Source: a virus
Taxonomy: Duplodnaviria > Heunggongvirae > Uroviricota > Caudoviricetes
Virus record (IMG/VR): IMGVR_UViG_2703718815_000003
Strand: one strand, 5' to 3'
DNA length: 64,000 nt
Shown here: in pieces, positions 59,419 through 64,000 of the stretch
Position numbering within the stretch: position 1 is the stretch's first letter
How the letters are laid out: every line of letters begins with the position of its first letter
Notes under the pieces: model-generated
What the model was told of the DNA's origin: nothing
Seen by the model: the letters and a program-made list of their open reading frames with translations, nothing else
Databases searched by the model: none
Translations under genes and position numbers: made by a program

Positions 59419-59740
59419 TTTTTACGCCATACGCGGCTAACCCCAAAAGCAGTGCGGTAATAATGAACGACGTTATTTTAGAAACAATGCCGCCAAAGAA
59501 CCCACTTGAGATGGAATCTAACCGGTTAAGGAGTTTGTCCAGATTGGAGTGTTGAATACTATGTTGCGCCGGGGTCATATCACCAAAGTAGGTTTTCAGC
59601 TGATCATTGACCTCCTGGCCAATTTCTTCACGTAGCTCTTTACCTAATTTGCCGACAACTTCACGCGCAACGATAGCGGCAATGCGCTCTACCTGCTCTG
59701 GCGTTACGCCTGCCATCTCGTTCGACATTATTTCCTCCAT
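59405..59740 (-). CDS. tail-anchored small membrane protein
   Basis: 111 aa, single C-terminal TM helix. Confidence 0.3.
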   Translation of the reverse strand: MEEIMSNEMAGVTPEQVERIAAIVAREVVGKLGKELREEIGQEVNDQLKTYFGDMTPAQHSIQHSNLDKLLNRLDSISSGFFGGIVSKITSFIITALLLGLAAYGVKSGLQ

Positions 59741-59802
59741 GAATCGTCAAATCGGGATGGCGGTTTTATATCATAAAACGCCCACACTTGGTAGGTAAGT
59801 AC

Positions 59803-60642
59803 TTACACATGAGCGCCGTAAATTGCCCCAACTTTAGTCCAAGTTGGAGCATTACCAGTAACAGCTTTACCAGCTGCTCCGCCGTTATATTCTGTACCGT
59901 TACCTTGAGTATTACATCTTCCTCCAGCAGCACCGACATTACCACCCGAACCGCCTGTATATGCACTAAGAGACCCCTCACCAACAGATCCTTTACCAGG
60001 AGCGGAAATAGTACCAGCAGTTGCACCGGAACTCATATGAGAGGAAGACCCACCAGCACCGAATGGGCGACCACCGCCACCACCAAATATTAGTTTACCC
60101 CTGTTACCGCCGCCACCGCCGCCGCCACCTCCAGCGATTGCACCATTATTCGTAATACGCAAGCGTGTACCGATGCCATTATTAATTGCGTTACCACCAG
60201 CAGCACCGGCAGCGTTACTACCACCATTGCCACCGCGTCCATAGACAGTCACACCTGCGTTGATTACAAGGCTGATATAAGAGTTGGTAAGTGAACTCGG
60301 GAAATCTAAACATGGCACGCCGCTACTGGACGACACCAGATCCCCTGTAATGGTAACAACGACTGGCGTCGCCCCCTGGGATTTTAAATAGTTGATCAGT
60401 GTGTCTTTGTTGTAGTTATGATTCGCACCGATGCTGTACTGAACTTCTTTAGATCGCCCGGCCATTTGAGACATTGAACCAGCCGCTGGCAGTTGCACCG
60501 CCGTTCGAGCCGCACTCATCCATCTCTGGCCTGTCACACTGACAGCCGAAGACCCAATCCAACCGGGAACACCGACAATTGGCACATCTAATCTCCTTTT
60601 TGATGTGAATATCCTGAATTGGTGAGGGTGGCCCCTCACCAT
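59803..60642 (-). CDS. glycine-rich protein, possible tail-fibre adhesin/accessory protein
   Basis: 279 aa with poly-Gly stretches (GGGGGGGGGN, GGGGGRPFGAGG) immediately downstream of tail fibre gene. Confidence 0.4.
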   Translation of the reverse strand: MVRGHPHQFRIFTSKRRLDVPIVGVPGWIGSSAVSVTGQRWMSAARTAVQLPAAGSMSQMAGRSKEVQYSIGANHNYNKDTLINYLKSQGATPVVVTITGDLVSSSSGVPCLDFPSSLTNSYISLVINAGVTVYGRGGNGGSNAAGAAGGNAINNGIGTRLRITNNGAIAGGGGGGGGGNRGKLIFGGGGGRPFGAGGSSSHMSSGATAGTISAPGKGSVGEGSLSAYTGGSGGNVGAAGGRCNTQGNGTEYNGGAAGKAVTGNAPTWTKVGAIYGAHV

Positions 60643-60651
60643 TCACCTTGA

Positions 60652-63600
60652 TTACATTTTTGCCTTCAGTTCGCGCACTTCCTCGCGCAGCTCTTTGACA
60701 GCCTCGACCAACATGCCGATAACGCCGTTGTAGTTAAGACGCAGACGAGGCTCTCCTGACTGATCGTTATGGTCAACCGTTACCAGTTCAGGCTGAACAT
60801 TCTGGACGTCCTGAGCGATGAGGCCGCCAGACTGCTCATACCGGTCACAGACCTGAATCTCGTACAGAACACCTTCGATCCGATCCAGCTTGTCGAGCGC
60901 TCGTTCAATCTTGCGAATATTGCGTTTGCTACGACGGTCAGAGCGGATATAAACGTCATTAAAGCTGCCATTACCGCCACAAACCCAAGTACCATCATTC
61001 TGGAGGTATGCGTTCGCATCCGTGCCGTTTGCGGTACGTGAGTTGTTGATCATGTAAAAACCAAACTGACTGTTTCCCAAGCCACCCAAGAAGAATTTGC
61101 GATCCGCGTGGTCTTGTCTCAACAACGCTTGTGCAGAGCTTGTACTTACAGCGTTCCTCCCGAAGATGACGTTCTGGTTACGCATATCTATCCACGCGCC
61201 AGAGCCGCTGTTGATGGAAAAACGGTTGGCGTAAACCCACGCACTTGACGTGATGTCACCCGTTACACTCAACGGCTTAAGGCTTTGCAGCGTGCTATTA
61301 ACGAACCTAAAAACATGGGCGCTATTGGCGTAAACATCCAGAATGCCATCTCCGTTCTGTTTAAAGCCGGTGTCATTGTCACCCAGAACAATGGAATTAC
61401 CGCCAAGACCATTGACCACACCCAGCCCAAGACCACCGTTAACAACAGCACCATTGCCCATTGTTACTCTGCCATTAGTGAGATCTACATAAAATGGACG
61501 AAGCGAACCTATATCACCATTTTCTCCCTGGTCTTTTGCTGTCGGGATAAGGTAAAAATTATTTTCGGAACGGCGAAAAATCATCCCGTATGCCGCATCG
61601 TAAATGCGTAACCCATCCGTAGAGCGGATCTTAAGCTGTCCGGACATCGTACCGCCGCTGTTTTTCATAAATAGCGCATCAATCCAGCCTGCAAATCCCG
61701 ACTTATTAATGTATAAATTTCCATCATTTGCCAGAATGCCTCCACCTTGCGTCTTGAGGGGCTGACTCACATTTTGCAGCGTCAGCACACCAGTCATTGT
61801 TCCGCCAGAAATCGGTAACGCACCGACATCAGCCGCAGTGGGTTTGAGAGCAGTGTTGTAATCTCTGCGCCAGGCAGGGGCATACGCGCTACCGTGATTA
61901 ATATAGGTGAACTGAGCACTGGCAATACCACCTCCGGTTGTCGTTGTAGGCGTAGTAACTCGGATGGTCATTGCGCCTTCGTGACCTAAAACCTCGATAA
62001 CCGCACCAGCAAGACAAATATTGCCGACACCTGTATCAGTGATAATTTTATTGTCGGCATATGACCAAGAGCCTTTCATCATCCAATACGGTACGGCGAA
62101 AGCACCACGCTCCTTCAGCCATGCGATAAATTCAGCGGTAGTCCAGTTGCCAGCCCCAGTACTGTATGACGCGCTAAACGTCTGTGCAGCCCCAACATCT
62201 TTCGCTGTGGGTTTATGAGCAGTGGTATAGACCTGCGCCCAACCAGACCAATTCGCTGTCGAAGTATCACGGCGTGAACGAACATAAACCGGTGCATGAG
62301 CACCATCCGTTCCGCTCCAGCCAACAAGCATCTCGCCCTCACCAGAAGCACTCGCACCTTTCATGTGCAATACGTTGCCATACATGGTCGGGTAGCTATT
62401 GTTGTACGCCTCATACATTTGAATGCCAGCAGTGCCTTGAGTAGAGCCGCTTAACGCCGTAACTCGGCCACGAGATACCAATGTATTAATATTGATATCG
62501 CCTGAACCATCAAACTTAACACCATTGATGTTTCTCGCTGTTTGCAACTTCGTAGCCGTTGAAGCATTGCCATTCAAGCTACCATTTACGCCACCAGTAA
62601 CATTGAGTCCATTAGCGATCGTAACAGCACCATTGGCATTGTTAATGATAAGCGGCCTTAAACTATTATAGGTTCCCAGGCTGTTACCCGAATTGGTCAA
62701 CATGAAATATGTGTTTGAACCATCGTTTCGGATAAAGAATCCGTAGCTTCCGTAGGCAATGCGCAGACCATTCGCCGATTTTGAAATGATCTCACCAGTA
62801 GCCGTTAAACCGCCGTTGAGATTTCCTCCGGTTATTGGTAATGCGCCGACATCCGTGGCGGTCGGTTTAATGTGCGAACTGTAAATGACATATACCGTTC
62901 CATCAGTAAGACCAGTTGGTTTATTCGCTGTATAAGTTGGTGATGTATGAATCGTTACGCTGGCGTTACTGGTATAATCCCACTGAATATTAACACCTGT
63001 GGCGTAATTACCTATTTCAACATAAACATCATAGGTATCACCGGATGTATTCACCCATGCAAAATTAGTAAATCCAACCGATGTCCGTCGCCATAATGCA
63101 CCAGTAATACCCTTTGGATTTCCATTTCCGGCACGCAGAACCAGCTCAGAGATGCCTGCTTGATGCGGGGAGCCAACGTTATACCCTGCACCACCAATCA
63201 GGCTTATGTAAACCACGGAACTGGCCTGTGGCATGGTTACAGTTGCCAGCTTGAACCATCCGGCACCACCACTAAAAGATATTGTTGCTGAGTTGATCGT
63301 GCCTATAGACCTTGGAGTTAGCTCAATGTTTTTAGAACCGTCAAACGACACCCCATTAATAGTACGCGCAGTCTGCAACTTCGTAGCAGTAGCCGCATTA
63401 CCTGTTGTATTCTGATTACCAGTCGTATTAACACCTGGCAAATTAATATTTGCAGTACCATCAAAGCTCACGCCGCCGATAGTTCTTGCCGTCTGTAGTT
63501 TTGTAGCAGTTGCGGCATTACCAGTGGTGTTCTGATTACCCGTAGTATTTACACCTGGAAGGTTGATATTTGCAGAACCGTCGAAACCAACTCCACCGAT

Positions 63601-63966
63601 AGATCTTGCCGTCTGCAATTTCGTTGCTGTACTTGCATTACCATTTAATGTTCCGGTGATACCACCAGTAACAGACAACGGACCTGAAACTGTTCCTCCG
63701 GTTGTTGGCAGTGCTCCAATATCTAACGGCGTCGGTTTCTGATGTGTGCTATACATCGTATAAACAACACCATAGGTAACGCTGGAAGGCTTACTCGCTG
63801 AATATGTTGGCGATGTATAAATAGAAACTGACGCATTTGCAGTACAATCCCAATGGATATTTACACTCGTCGCATAATTGCCAATTTCAACGTAAATATC
63901 ATATGTATCGCCGGATGTGTTGATCCAGGCGAAATTCGCTAATCCGACAGCTGTACGCTTCCACAA
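60652..63966 (-). CDS. tail fibre protein with C-terminal intramolecular chaperone domain (5' end beyond window)
   Basis: repeated NINLPGVNTTGNQNTTGNAATATKLQTARTIGGVSFDG modules; C-terminal ...YIRSDRRSKRNI... Ser-Lys motif; ORF open to the window edge. Confidence 0.75.
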   Translation of the reverse strand: MWKRTAVGLANFAWINTSGDTYDIYVEIGNYATSVNIHWDCTANASVSIYTSPTYSASKPSSVTYGVVYTMYSTHQKPTPLDIGALPTTGGTVSGPLSVTGGITGTLNGNASTATKLQTARSIGGVGFDGSANINLPGVNTTGNQNTTGNAATATKLQTARTIGGVSFDGTANINLPGVNTTGNQNTTGNAATATKLQTARTINGVSFDGSKNIELTPRSIGTINSATISFSGGAGWFKLATVTMPQASSVVYISLIGGAGYNVGSPHQAGISELVLRAGNGNPKGITGALWRRTSVGFTNFAWVNTSGDTYDVYVEIGNYATGVNIQWDYTSNASVTIHTSPTYTANKPTGLTDGTVYVIYSSHIKPTATDVGALPITGGNLNGGLTATGEIISKSANGLRIAYGSYGFFIRNDGSNTYFMLTNSGNSLGTYNSLRPLIINNANGAVTIANGLNVTGGVNGSLNGNASTATKLQTARNINGVKFDGSGDININTLVSRGRVTALSGSTQGTAGIQMYEAYNNSYPTMYGNVLHMKGASASGEGEMLVGWSGTDGAHAPVYVRSRRDTSTANWSGWAQVYTTAHKPTAKDVGAAQTFSASYSTGAGNWTTAEFIAWLKERGAFAVPYWMMKGSWSYADNKIITDTGVGNICLAGAVIEVLGHEGAMTIRVTTPTTTTGGGIASAQFTYINHGSAYAPAWRRDYNTALKPTAADVGALPISGGTMTGVLTLQNVSQPLKTQGGGILANDGNLYINKSGFAGWIDALFMKNSGGTMSGQLKIRSTDGLRIYDAAYGMIFRRSENNFYLIPTAKDQGENGDIGSLRPFYVDLTNGRVTMGNGAVVNGGLGLGVVNGLGGNSIVLGDNDTGFKQNGDGILDVYANSAHVFRFVNSTLQSLKPLSVTGDITSSAWVYANRFSINSGSGAWIDMRNQNVIFGRNAVSTSSAQALLRQDHADRKFFLGGLGNSQFGFYMINNSRTANGTDANAYLQNDGTWVCGGNGSFNDVYIRSDRRSKRNIRKIERALDKLDRIEGVLYEIQVCDRYEQSGGLIAQDVQNVQPELVTVDHNDQSGEPRLRLNYNGVIGMLVEAVKELREEVRELKAKM

Positions 63967-64000
63967 AGCACCTGTAATTCCTTTGGGGTTTCCATTGCCT

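Noticed and set aside
1-64000. Assignment of the window to a T5-like phage
   Set aside because: Several genes fit T5 (RNase H, DHFR, thyA, nrdAB, flap endonuclease, SbcCD-like), but the polymerase is DnaE-type rather than PolA-type, and the window also carries repA with iterons, parA, a toxin-antitoxin pair and CobS/CobT-like genes.

Overview
This window reads as a dense, mostly minus-strand replication and nucleotide-metabolism module of a large tailed phage, with a plasmid-type maintenance module embedded in it. All calls are from reading the sequence and the supplied ORF translations; no database search or structure prediction was run. Recognisable genes include class Ia ribonucleotide reductase (nrdA, nrdB), thymidylate synthase, dihydrofolate reductase, RNase HI, a DnaE-type polymerase with a DnaQ-like exonuclease, DnaB-like helicase, primase, ATP-dependent ligase, flap endonuclease, SbcCD-like nuclease, an intein-containing RecA-like recombinase, CobS/CobT-like AAA+/vWA proteins, glutaredoxin, two N6-adenine methyltransferases, four tRNAs, and a tail fibre that runs off the window end. 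The plasmid-like part is an iteron-flanked repA with a DnaA box and GATC cluster, a ParA/ParG-like partition pair, a TacA/TacT-type toxin-antitoxin pair and a tyrosine recombinase with an XRE regulator. Together this suggests a phage-plasmid (the gene content resembles the SSU5/pHCM2 group, which is inference from memory, not a search result); a T5-like identity was considered and rejected. The most interesting candidates for something undescribed are an AT-rich KAP-type P-loop NTPase island beside the partition genes, a plus-strand membrane-protein moron ending at a C8 tract, and two intergenic motif families recurring across the window.
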